A DNA stretch of 64,000 bases, taken from NCBI GenBank assembly GCA_002742885.1, contig PDOO01000031.1:10119-74118 (forward strand), given 5' to 3'. Shown in pieces: positions 19,544 to 29,979 of this stretch (the stretch's first letter is position 1; the number at the start of each line of letters is the position of its first letter). The stretch is from Candidatus Cloacimonadota bacterium (GTDB lineage Bacteria; Cloacimonadota; Cloacimonadia; Cloacimonadales; GCA-2742885). The translations under genes were made by a program, and so were the position numbers. The notes under the pieces were generated by a model, which saw only the letters and a list, made by a program, of their open reading frames with translations, did not search any database and was not told the DNA's origin.

Positions 19544-20358
19544 TTCTGCTCCTTATCATCCAACGGATAATAAATATGTTCTTTTCCCGGATATAAACCG
19601 TTTTTTACTTCTTCGCGGTATTTTTTCAAACCGTTAAGAGCTGCTGTTCCGACATCTGCAAAAACCTTTACAAAACGAGCTTGGTTATTGCTCAGATTCA
19701 ATATGTCGTGAAAAACCATAACCTGCCCGTCGGTGTATTTTCCGGCTCCGATTCCTATGGCGGGTATACTTGTCGATTCCGTAATATTTTTTGCCAATTC
19801 TTCCGGCATTCCTTCCAGAACAAGCATGAACGCTCCAGCTTCTTCGATTGCCTTTGCCTGTTCAAGGAGAATCTTTTTATGTGTAAACGATTTTCCCTGA
19901 ATTTTGTAACCGCCTAATTTATTTACCGACTGAGGAGTAAGTCCGAGATGAGCGCAAACCGGAATTTCGCAATCGGTAAGCATTGATATTAATTTTATTC
20001 TTGATTCGCTTCCGCCTTCAAGCTTTACGGCATTTGCATTGCCTTCCTGAATCAGGCGGAAAGCATTTCTTTTGGTTTCTTCATTCGAAATATGATAAGA
20101 TCCGTAAGGTAAATCGGCAATTATAAAAGTATCCTTTGCTCCTCGTCTTACGGCTTGAGTATGACGAACAATATCGTCCACGGTTACTTTTAAAGTCGAA
20201 TCGTAGCCCAAAACAGTCATTCCCAGACTGTCTCCTGCCAAAATAAGATCGATTCCGCTTTTTTCAGCCAAAATTCCAGACGGATAATCGTATGCTGTCA
20301 TCATAACGATTTTATCATTGTTTTTTTTCATTTTTTTAAAATCTTTTATTGTTTTCAT
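19540..20358 (-). CDS. panB: 3-methyl-2-oxobutanoate hydroxymethyltransferase
   Basis: 272 aa. MTAYDYPS, GDSLGMTVLGYDST and KLEGG motifs. Confidence 0.9.
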   Translation of the reverse strand: MKTIKDFKKMKKNNDKIVMMTAYDYPSGILAEKSGIDLILAGDSLGMTVLGYDSTLKVTVDDIVRHTQAVRRGAKDTFIIADLPYGSYHISNEETKRNAFRLIQEGNANAVKLEGGSESRIKLISMLTDCEIPVCAHLGLTPQSVNKLGGYKIQGKSFTHKKILLEQAKAIEEAGAFMLVLEGMPEELAKNITESTSIPAIGIGAGKYTDGQVMVFHDILNLSNNQARFVKVFADVGTAALNGLKKYREEVKNGLYPGKEHIYYPLDDKEQK

Positions 20359-20363
20359 AAATT

Positions 20364-21488
<1,125 letters not shown>

Positions 21489-22100
21489 CTAATTATTTAC
21501 TTCGATTAAAATAAGGTCATCGAGAGTTAAAATTTTATATTGTTCGGGAGAAGATGATTCATAAAAAGAGCCGTCTTCGCCTTGGGCAAAAGCCCGATAA
21601 TGATAAGTTACGTTTCCGTTTTTGTAAGGCAAGTAAAATATTGCCGATTCTCCCGGTTTAATGTTGTAAGCTTCTTTGATTATTTGAACGTTTTCATTTG
21701 TTTTGCCGCCTTCAACTGCAAAATAAGAGATTATTTTATTGCTGTTGTTGGTAAGTTTTGCGGCAGCATCCGTAGGATTCATAAAAATTCTCGCAGTTTT
21801 GCCGCGGTTAACGGTTACATAAGTAAATTCCGTAAAATTATCAGTCGTATGATCCCAAAGTCTGAATGTTTCTCCTTTAAGATAAATCAGTTTTTTTTTG
21901 CTCGGGTTTTCTCCGAAAGGATATTTCTTTCCCAGTTTGTAAGAAAAAGAAATATTTTCTTCCGGATTCAGCGTATAATTTTTATTATCTAAAGTAATGT
22001 AAGCTTCATGGGATGTTTTGTTGATTATTTTTAAATCTCCTTCCGAAGAACAACCGATTAAAGCGATCAGCAAAAAGAGAAAAAGTATAATTTGTTTCAT
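21489..22100 (-). CDS. lipoprotein of unknown function
   Basis: 203 aa. Signal peptide with lipobox LIGC. Its start codon sits immediately after the TAA of the upstream gene, with GGAGGAG inside that gene's last codons. Confidence 0.7.
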   Translation of the reverse strand: MKQIILFLFLLIALIGCSSEGDLKIINKTSHEAYITLDNKNYTLNPEENISFSYKLGKKYPFGENPSKKKLIYLKGETFRLWDHTTDNFTEFTYVTVNRGKTARIFMNPTDAAAKLTNNSNKIISYFAVEGGKTNENVQIIKEAYNIKPGESAIFYLPYKNGNVTYHYRAFAQGEDGSFYESSSPEQYKILTLDDLILIEVNN

Positions 22101-23594
22101 TTACTCCTCCAATAAACGGATTATTTTTTCAATGATTTCTTCTTTCTCGGGCAAAGAATCCCAAATAATAAGATCTTTATTGTCAAGAAGCCGCAATCCC
22201 TTCAAGTCCGTTCCCGATCTGGGTACGGCAATGATTTTTGTGTTTTCGTATTTTTTTAAATTCTTTATGCTTGTTATAATCGGCAATAAACGAGCTTTCA
22301 GATAAATAAAAATCAAATCTGTTTTGTACTCCGCAGGGAAATTGATTAAACGTCCCGGGTTGTCTATTTCATGAGCATGAATATTTCTGTTTTCTAAAGA
22401 AGCCGAGAGAGCAATTTTTAAATCTTTCTGATCGGTACAGAGAATAATATCTCTTTCCGGAATGTTTTCTGAAATACCGGCGGCTTCCAAAGCAATTTCA
22501 ATTTTTCCCAAAAGTTCAGAAGAATTTACCGGTTTAGCCAAAATGTCATTAACATTTAAATCGCTTATATTTATTTCTTCCGATCCTGAATCCATAAGCA
22601 AAACAGGTTTATTTTTAACTTCATTGATTAAAGATATTTCTTTTAAAATATTTTCCGCAGATACGCCCGGCATGTCATAATCCAGCAAAATAAGATCAGG
22701 CGTTTGCTTTTTTATTGCGTTAATAATTTTTTTCGGATCAGTTTCGGTATGAACCGCATAATTTGTTCTTGCAATTAAAACTTTTTTAATAAATTCGGTA
22801 ACAATCTCTTTATCGTCCGCAATAAAAATCTTTGTTTGATTTTCTGTTTCATTTTCTTCCGGTTCTTTTTTTTCAACAAAAATTGTTTCTTCCGAAGGAA
22901 TTTCCTCATTTTGTTTTTCCAATAAATTAAATTTGTTGTAAAGTCGATAATCTCTGTAAAACATGTCTTTGGCATATAAAAAAACGGCATTTTCTATCTC
23001 AGAGGAAACGGCATACTCGTGAAAACAAAAATTTTTTTCAATATCAAGAATAATGTCTGCTGATGTTTTTACGCGGTGAAAAGGTAATTTCAGCTCTATG
23101 TTATAAACGGTATTTCCGATAAATTGTTTGTATTTGTAAAAATCTCCTTCTATACCGATCTCGTCTTTGCTTATGTACTTGACTCTTCTCACAAATTGAT
23201 GGTCTCCAAGTTTGAAGGAAACCGTAACATTATCGTTTTTTTCCGGTTCGATGATAATCTCTGAAGTCGAGACATTATAACGAGACGGTATTTTGCATAT
23301 GTAAGCAGGAGTTCCGTTAAATTCGCATTCTCGGATAATTTGCAAAGTAAAAGTATAAATAAATTCGTACATTTTATCGACTTCGGCAACACTGACATTA
23401 ATTTTGGTGCCTTGTTTTACAAATTTATTTATAAATTTAGGTTCAAAAGCATCAATAATAACTTCTTTATCCGTTAATTGCAATAAAAAGGTAAAAGCTT
23501 TTCTGAACCAAACTCTTGTCTCAAGCTGATGGGGATGACGCAAAAGTCGTTTCAGAATTGTTTGCACCTCGCTTTTTTTTGAAGTTGAAATCAT
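22101..23594 (-). CDS. multidomain response-regulator-like protein (possible PilZ-like N-region, canonical receiver, degenerate receiver-like C-domain)
   Basis: 497 aa. The central receiver shows KIFIADDKE...DLILLDYDMPG...ILAKPV. The C-terminal ~120 aa has a receiver-like alternating pattern but lacks the acidic pocket. The N-terminal ~215 aa has an RRVKYISKDEIGIEG segment weakly reminiscent of PilZ. Confidence 0.6.
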   Translation of the reverse strand: MISTSKKSEVQTILKRLLRHPHQLETRVWFRKAFTFLLQLTDKEVIIDAFEPKFINKFVKQGTKINVSVAEVDKMYEFIYTFTLQIIRECEFNGTPAYICKIPSRYNVSTSEIIIEPEKNDNVTVSFKLGDHQFVRRVKYISKDEIGIEGDFYKYKQFIGNTVYNIELKLPFHRVKTSADIILDIEKNFCFHEYAVSSEIENAVFLYAKDMFYRDYRLYNKFNLLEKQNEEIPSEETIFVEKKEPEENETENQTKIFIADDKEIVTEFIKKVLIARTNYAVHTETDPKKIINAIKKQTPDLILLDYDMPGVSAENILKEISLINEVKNKPVLLMDSGSEEINISDLNVNDILAKPVNSSELLGKIEIALEAAGISENIPERDIILCTDQKDLKIALSASLENRNIHAHEIDNPGRLINFPAEYKTDLIFIYLKARLLPIITSIKNLKKYENTKIIAVPRSGTDLKGLRLLDNKDLIIWDSLPEKEEIIEKIIRLLEE

Positions 23595-23614
23595 AGACTC
23601 TCCGAAGAAATCAA

Positions 23615-23639
23615 GCGAAGTCGAAATTTTCGACTCCGC
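23615..23639 (-). terminator. hairpin between eno and the downstream gene (possible attenuator/terminator)
   Basis: GCGGAGTCGAA/TTCGACTTCGC stem with one G-U pair. It is followed by only a weak, interrupted U-tract. Confidence 0.35.
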
Positions 23640-23657
23640 CCGATGAACAATTCGATA

Positions 23658-25070
<1,413 letters not shown>

Positions 25071-25208
25071 TTAAAATCGTTTTGTAACACGGGTCTGCAA
25101 TCAAAAAAATAATTTCTCGGTTTGCGAGTTAAGCGAGCTTGACAAATTAATAAAGATATTTTAACTATCGAAAAAGTAAAAATATAACAATAAATTACGG
25201 AGAATGAA

Positions 25209-25931
25209 ATGAAAAAAATTATATTTATTGCGCTGTTGACAGCGCTTATGCTTGAATGTTACGGTTCTGAAAAATTATTCAACCTTTATCACTCTTATCG
25301 AAAAGATCAAAATGCTGTAAATATCGGAAATTTGTTTAATGAAATTCAAAAAGAATTAAAAAAAGATGTTTCCGAAGAGGATACTCGCTTGGTTGCAATA
25401 AACTTTTATTTTGATTTATTTAACGGCGAATTAAAATTTTTTGAAGAAAACTTTGATTCTTTAACTGTCCGCTCTCAATTCGGTTATGCTAATATTTTGC
25501 TTGCTTTGGAAGAATACGACCGGGCATTGAAAATATATGATTATTTAAATCAGGAAGCTCCCGAATGGTCATGTCCCTGGCGACATAAGGGGGAGGTTTA
25601 TTATAGAAAAGGAGATATGGAAAATGCTGAATCTGCTTTCATAAAGTCTTTGGAAATAAGAGAAAATCACTTTGACGCTTACATCTGGCTTGCTCAAGCT
25701 CAAATTGAATTGAAAAAATACGAAGAAGCGCTTCAAACATTTGAAAAAGGTTTAACTTTCCTGGATGTCAGTTCCGAACATGCCGAAGAAGAAATTACCG
25801 ACGAAGAACTGCTTTTTTTGAAATTGAAACTTTATAAATATAATAAAAAAGATAAAGAGTTTAAAGAGTTGGAAAAAACTTTGAAGAATAAATATCCGGA
25901 AAGCAAAAAATGGGAAGAAATAAATCGTTAA
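25209..25931 (+). CDS. TPR-repeat protein, secreted
   Basis: 240 aa with a signal peptide and TPR-like helical repeats (ALKIYDYLNQEAPEW..., AFIKSLEIRENHFDAYIWLAQA...). Confidence 0.6.
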   Translation: MKKIIFIALLTALMLECYGSEKLFNLYHSYRKDQNAVNIGNLFNEIQKELKKDVSEEDTRLVAINFYFDLFNGELKFFEENFDSLTVRSQFGYANILLALEEYDRALKIYDYLNQEAPEWSCPWRHKGEVYYRKGDMENAESAFIKSLEIRENHFDAYIWLAQAQIELKKYEEALQTFEKGLTFLDVSSEHAEEEITDEELLFLKLKLYKYNKKDKEFKELEKTLKNKYPESKKWEEINR

Positions 25932-25956
25932 ACTGAATAATTCAAAGAGAGAGAAT

Positions 25957-26424
25957 ATGAAAATAATAAATTTAATGTTGTTGCTTGCAGCATTATTATT
26001 GTTTGTCGCCGGTTGCGAGACATTTTCCTTAGCCGGTCTTGATTCTAATGCCGACGCATACGGAAGTAACGTAAATTGGACAATTAACGATACGGCTTAT
26101 ACCGAAGTTGACGGAATTTCTGTTTTTGCAAGTTATTCCTGCGTAAAGAGTCAATTTAATGTAAAGGGTAAAATACATAATGCCGCTGCAAACATTAAAA
26201 ATTGTCATGTGCAAATAGAACTTTCCAACGGAAATATTTTAGAGTCGTCAGAAAAAATTGAAAACAATCTTGAATTTACAATGATTATCCCGGCTGAAAA
26301 CCAAAATTTCGATCTATGGAAATTACATGCAGAATTTGATTGCGAACATGATAATCACGGACACGGGGGAGACGGAGATCACAACGGAAACCACGGCAAC
26401 GGCAACGGACACGGCGGAGAATAA
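25957..26424 (+). CDS. small lipoprotein with His/Gly/Asn/Asp-rich C-terminal tail
   Basis: 155 aa. Lipobox VAGC. The tail reads CEHDNHGHGGDGDHNGNHGNGNGHGGE. Confidence 0.65.
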   Translation: MKIINLMLLLAALLLFVAGCETFSLAGLDSNADAYGSNVNWTINDTAYTEVDGISVFASYSCVKSQFNVKGKIHNAAANIKNCHVQIELSNGNILESSEKIENNLEFTMIIPAENQNFDLWKLHAEFDCEHDNHGHGGDGDHNGNHGNGNGHGGE

Positions 26425-26442
26425 ATAAATAGATTTTATAGC

Positions 26443-26471
26443 AGCCTCGGTATTTTCCGAGGCTTTTTTTA
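26443..26471 (+). terminator. rho-independent terminator
   Basis: AGCCTCGG/CCGAGGCT stem with a 6-nt loop, followed by a T-run. Confidence 0.85.
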
Positions 26472-26682
26472 TAACCGGATTCAAGTCGTTTAAAAGGAAC
26501 TTCAACACATTTGTTTTTTTATATTGTAATCCGTGTTTTTTCTTTTATAAGAAAGGATTACAGATTTTAGTGAGTAATTTCAACAAGAAAAATTAACTTG
26601 ACATATAATTATTTACTTCCCCGGATAAATAAAAACAATAAATTTTATCTAAAACTATTGCTGAAAATAAAAAGGAAATGTT

Positions 26683-27984
26683 ATGGATTTTAACGAAAAA
26701 TTTCTGTATCATATATGGGACGGCTTATATTTTTCGGGCAATCTTGTCAGTTGTCAAAACAGGGAAATCAAAATAATCCATCAGGGACACAGAAATACGG
26801 GGAGAGGTCCGGACTTCAAGGATGCGGTTATTATGATCGACGATAAAGTTTACCGGGGCGATATCGAAATCCATCTTAAAACGAAAGATTGGGAAATTCA
26901 CGGACATTGCAAAGATCCTTACTTTGACAACGTTATTTTGCATTGCGTTTACGAACATAATTCAGACATTCCCTTTACTGTTGCATCGGACGGAAAATTA
27001 ATACCTGTTTTGGAAATGAAACAATTTTTATCTGATGACATAAAAAAACTTTATAACCGTTTTGGAAATTTATCATTTACGCCTGCCAACGAATTTTGTC
27101 TTTTTTTCTCTCGCAAGGAAAATGCATTTATTTTGAAAGATTTGGAAAAATCAGGATTAAAACGTTTTGAAGAAAAAGTACAACGATTTGCAGGGGAGCT
27201 TGTTTTTTCAAATTTTTCTGATCTTATTTTGAGAGGTATTTTTGAAGCTTTCGGTTACAGTAAAAATAAATTTCAGATGGGATTACTCTTTGATTTATTA
27301 TCGGAAAAGGATTATTTTAATAAGATAAAGTCATATTCATATCGTGATTCGGCAGCTCTTATTATCGGCTATGCAGGTTTGTTCGATTCTGTTCCCAAGA
27401 CTTTTTCGGAAGATCAAAAGTCAGCATGGATCGAGATTTTCAATAAAATAAACAACAATCGACATTTTACAGAGATAAAATGGGAGTTTTTCAGATTAAG
27501 ACCTGTAAATCATCCTGTTGTAAGATTACTTCAGCTTACTGATTTTCTTTATTCTTCCGGATACGATAATCTTTTCGGTAAAATACTGACTGTTTTCAAT
27601 GATCGGGAAAGTAAAATAACCAATAAAAAGATAATTTCTTCTTTTTTAAACTTTTTTCATTATGAAGAATCAATTTTACCCGAACATTTTCATACAGGAA
27701 GAAACAAAATTTTAAGCGTTTTATTTAATATTATTTATCCTGTTATTGCTCTTTATGCAAGAAAGATGAATTTCCGTGACTTGGAAAAAAAGATTTTCAG
27801 TTTATTGCCTGCCTTTCCAGGTTTGTCTGATAACCATCTTGCGGACAGAATGTCGAGATTTATGACGGAATCACAGATAAAACTGATCAGAAAAAGGGCA
27901 TTGACCGGTCAGGGTCTTTTAAAGATTTATTTTGATTATTGCCGATATCGTCTTTGCAAAGAGTGTATTGCAGAGAACAGTTAA
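26683..27984 (+). CDS. DUF2851-family protein
   Basis: 433 aa. The N-terminal pattern FLYHIWD...IIHQGHRNTGRGPDFKDAVIMIDDKVYRGDIEIHLKTKDWEIHGH...NVILHCVYEH is characteristic of DUF2851. Confidence 0.65.
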   Translation: MDFNEKFLYHIWDGLYFSGNLVSCQNREIKIIHQGHRNTGRGPDFKDAVIMIDDKVYRGDIEIHLKTKDWEIHGHCKDPYFDNVILHCVYEHNSDIPFTVASDGKLIPVLEMKQFLSDDIKKLYNRFGNLSFTPANEFCLFFSRKENAFILKDLEKSGLKRFEEKVQRFAGELVFSNFSDLILRGIFEAFGYSKNKFQMGLLFDLLSEKDYFNKIKSYSYRDSAALIIGYAGLFDSVPKTFSEDQKSAWIEIFNKINNNRHFTEIKWEFFRLRPVNHPVVRLLQLTDFLYSSGYDNLFGKILTVFNDRESKITNKKIISSFLNFFHYEESILPEHFHTGRNKILSVLFNIIYPVIALYARKMNFRDLEKKIFSLLPAFPGLSDNHLADRMSRFMTESQIKLIRKRALTGQGLLKIYFDYCRYRLCKECIAENS

Positions 27985-28144
27985 AATTTTAATATTGATA
28001 CCGGTAAAAAACATATTTTTTGTGACAATAATTTTAAAAACATAAATTTTCTTTCAATTTTGCAGGGATGTTCTTATATAAGATATGATTATCCGTGTTT
28101 ACCGATCACAAGAAGGTAATAATTTGCAAGAAAATAAATTAAAT

Positions 28145-28174
28145 ATAAAAAAAAGCTGTCCTTTCGGAACAGCT
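28145..28174 (-). terminator. rho-independent terminator after the tRNA-Leu pair
   Basis: AGCTGT..CC/GG..ACAGCT hairpin with one bulge. The A-run on the + strand gives a U-tract on the - strand. Confidence 0.7.
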
Positions 28175-28181
28175 TTATAAT

Positions 28182-28270
28182 TGGTGCAGAAGGCGGGACT
28201 TGAACCCGCACACCCGGGAGTGGGCACAAGATCCTTAGTCTTGCGTGTCTGCCAATTCCACCACTTCTGC
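28182..28270 (-). tRNA. tRNA-Leu, hand-folded anticodon AAG (copy 1)
   Basis: 89 nt, type II tRNA with encoded CCA. Acceptor GCAGAAG/CTTCTGC, T-arm GCGGG-TTCAAGT-CCCGC. The anticodon stem CAAGA/TCTTG encloses the loop CTAAGGA. Confidence 0.85.
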
Positions 28271-28307
28271 GAAAAAAGTTTATGAAAATTTAATTGCTTG
28301 AAAAGAT

Positions 28308-28396
28308 TGGTGCAGAAGGCGGGACTTGAACCCGCACACCCGGGAGTGGGCACAAGATCCTTAGTCTTGCGTGTCTGCCAATTCCACCACTTCTGC
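28308..28396 (-). tRNA. tRNA-Leu, hand-folded anticodon AAG (copy 2, identical)
   Basis: Identical 89-nt sequence, 126 bp from copy 1 with a 37-bp spacer. It lies 23 nt downstream of the secG stop. Confidence 0.85.
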
Positions 28397-28419
28397 GTAC
28401 AGTCTTTATAAATTAAATC

Positions 28420-28782
28420 TTATTTTTTTTCTTGATCGGCTTTTGCCGGAAGAGTTTGTAAATCTTTTGCAACAGCTTCTTCAGCCGGAGCCGGAGCAGT
28501 TACCGATTCTTTTCTTATCTTTTCCAAAGCCGAAGTATTTGCAGCTTCATTTCCTGATCTGCGAATAACCCATGCAACGGAAAGAGAAGTAATAATGAAA
28601 ACCGCAAATAAACCCTGAGTTAATTTTTTCATAAACTCGGGAGCGCCTTGTCCGCCCATAACGTTATTTGCTACGCCTCCGAGCGCTCCGCCCAAGCCGG
28701 CACCTTTAGATGATTGACTCAAGATTACAAGAACCAAAACTACACAAACAAGAATGTGCAAGAATAATAAAAAGTAATACAT
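28420..28782 (-). CDS. secG: preprotein translocase subunit SecG
   Basis: 120 aa. N-terminus LHILVCVVLVLVILSQSSKGAGLGGALGG is typical of SecG. GGAG SD. It has a longer, Ala/Glu/Lys-rich C-terminal tail than usual. Confidence 0.85.
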   Translation of the reverse strand: MYYFLLFLHILVCVVLVLVILSQSSKGAGLGGALGGVANNVMGGQGAPEFMKKLTQGLFAVFIITSLSVAWVIRRSGNEAANTSALEKIRKESVTAPAPAEEAVAKDLQTLPAKADQEKK

Positions 28783-28839
28783 TTGAACTCCTTGCTAAAT
28801 ATAATGTCAGAAATAGAAATAAGGAATTTCGTGTCAATC

Positions 28840-29832
28840 TTATTTTTTCATGAATCTGTAATTGAGACTTATTTTATCTCTAACTTCTTCCATTGTCTCA
28901 ATTGCTGTTTTGCGAGCCTTTTTGCTGCCTTCTGTATATATGTCGCGTAAATAGTCAGGTTTCGCAATTAATTCCGAATATTTTGATTGAATCGGTTCAA
29001 GTTCTTTCATAACATTTTTATAAAGCCACTTTTTGCATTTTACGCAACCTATGCCTGCGGTCGTACATCCTTCTCGTATTTCAGCTAATTTTTCTTCATC
29101 CGAAAAAAGACGATGATAATCGTAAAGATTGCATTTCTCCGGATCTCCGGGGTCGGTTTTCAATACTCGAGCCGGATCCGTAATTCCTTTATTGATTTTT
29201 TTCTTAATTTCTTTGGGAGCCTCGATCAGATAAATGCAGTTTCCGAGAGATTTTCCCATTTTTGCGGAACCGTCCAAACCTTTAATTCTTGAAATTTTTC
29301 CGAGAATCGATTTCGGTTCGGGGAAAACGGTGCCGAATTTTGCGTTAAATCGTCTCAATATTTCCCGACACAATTCTATATGAGGCAATTGATCTTCGCC
29401 TACCGGAACAGCTTCTGCTTTATAAATGATAATGTCGGCTGTCATCAAAACAGGATAATCCATTAATCCCATATTTAGATTATCGGCATGTTGTTGAGCT
29501 TTTTCTTTGAAAGTCGGGACGCGTTCCAACCAGCTTATGGGAGTAAGACAATTTAAAATCCAAGCCAATTCAGTATGCTCCGGAACGGCGGACTGAATCA
29601 TCAAAACAGACTTTTCTGGATCTAAACCGCATGCCAAATAATTGGCGGCAATTTTAAGCACGTAATCTTCAACTTTATCTTTATCGTAACCGGCTGTCAT
29701 GGCATGATAATCAACTATACCGAAAATACATTCGTATTTATCCTGTAAGGGAATCCAGTTTTTGATCGCTCCCAGATAATTCCCGAGATGCAACTCGCCG
29801 GTCGGTTTAATTCCGCTGTATATTCGCTTCAC
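28840..29832 (-). CDS. trpS: tryptophan--tRNA ligase
   Basis: 330 aa. HIGH-type motif GELHLGNY and KMSKS-type motif KMGKS. GTG start preceded by GGAGGA. Confidence 0.9.
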   Translation of the reverse strand: MKRIYSGIKPTGELHLGNYLGAIKNWIPLQDKYECIFGIVDYHAMTAGYDKDKVEDYVLKIAANYLACGLDPEKSVLMIQSAVPEHTELAWILNCLTPISWLERVPTFKEKAQQHADNLNMGLMDYPVLMTADIIIYKAEAVPVGEDQLPHIELCREILRRFNAKFGTVFPEPKSILGKISRIKGLDGSAKMGKSLGNCIYLIEAPKEIKKKINKGITDPARVLKTDPGDPEKCNLYDYHRLFSDEEKLAEIREGCTTAGIGCVKCKKWLYKNVMKELEPIQSKYSELIAKPDYLRDIYTEGSKKARKTAIETMEEVRDKISLNYRFMKK

Positions 29833-29919
29833 AAATTCCTCCTTTTTTCGGATAAAATATCAAAAGCGTCTATCTATGCCGCAAGGTAAAGCGCATATGA
29901 TAATTTTTACGGCAATGAT

Positions 29920-29947
29920 AAACAAAAGCCCGAAAAAAATCGGGCTT
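29920..29947 (-). terminator. rho-independent terminator of pnp
   Basis: AGCCCGA/TCGGGCT stem with an A/T loop, followed by TTTGTTT on the - strand. Confidence 0.7.
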
Positions 29948-29979
29948 CAAATATATTCAATTAATCATATCAGATTAAT

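Noticed and set aside
26525-26562. 8-bp inverted repeat TGTAATCC-N22-GGATTACA upstream of the DUF2851 gene
   Set aside because: The arms are short and the AT-rich loop is long. This is easily expected by chance in AT-rich spacers, and there is no flanking U-tract or promoter context I can support.
28099-28353. 84-aa - strand ORF with an internally repeated peptide (PTPGCAGSSPAFCTN twice)
   Set aside because: It is the translation of the two identical tRNA-Leu genes. The repeat in the peptide simply mirrors the tandem tRNA copies.
28182-28396. 126-bp periodic exact repeat, considered as a possible mini CRISPR or other repeat array
   Set aside because: There are only two units, each folds as a complete tRNA with CCA, and there are no cas genes or further repeats.
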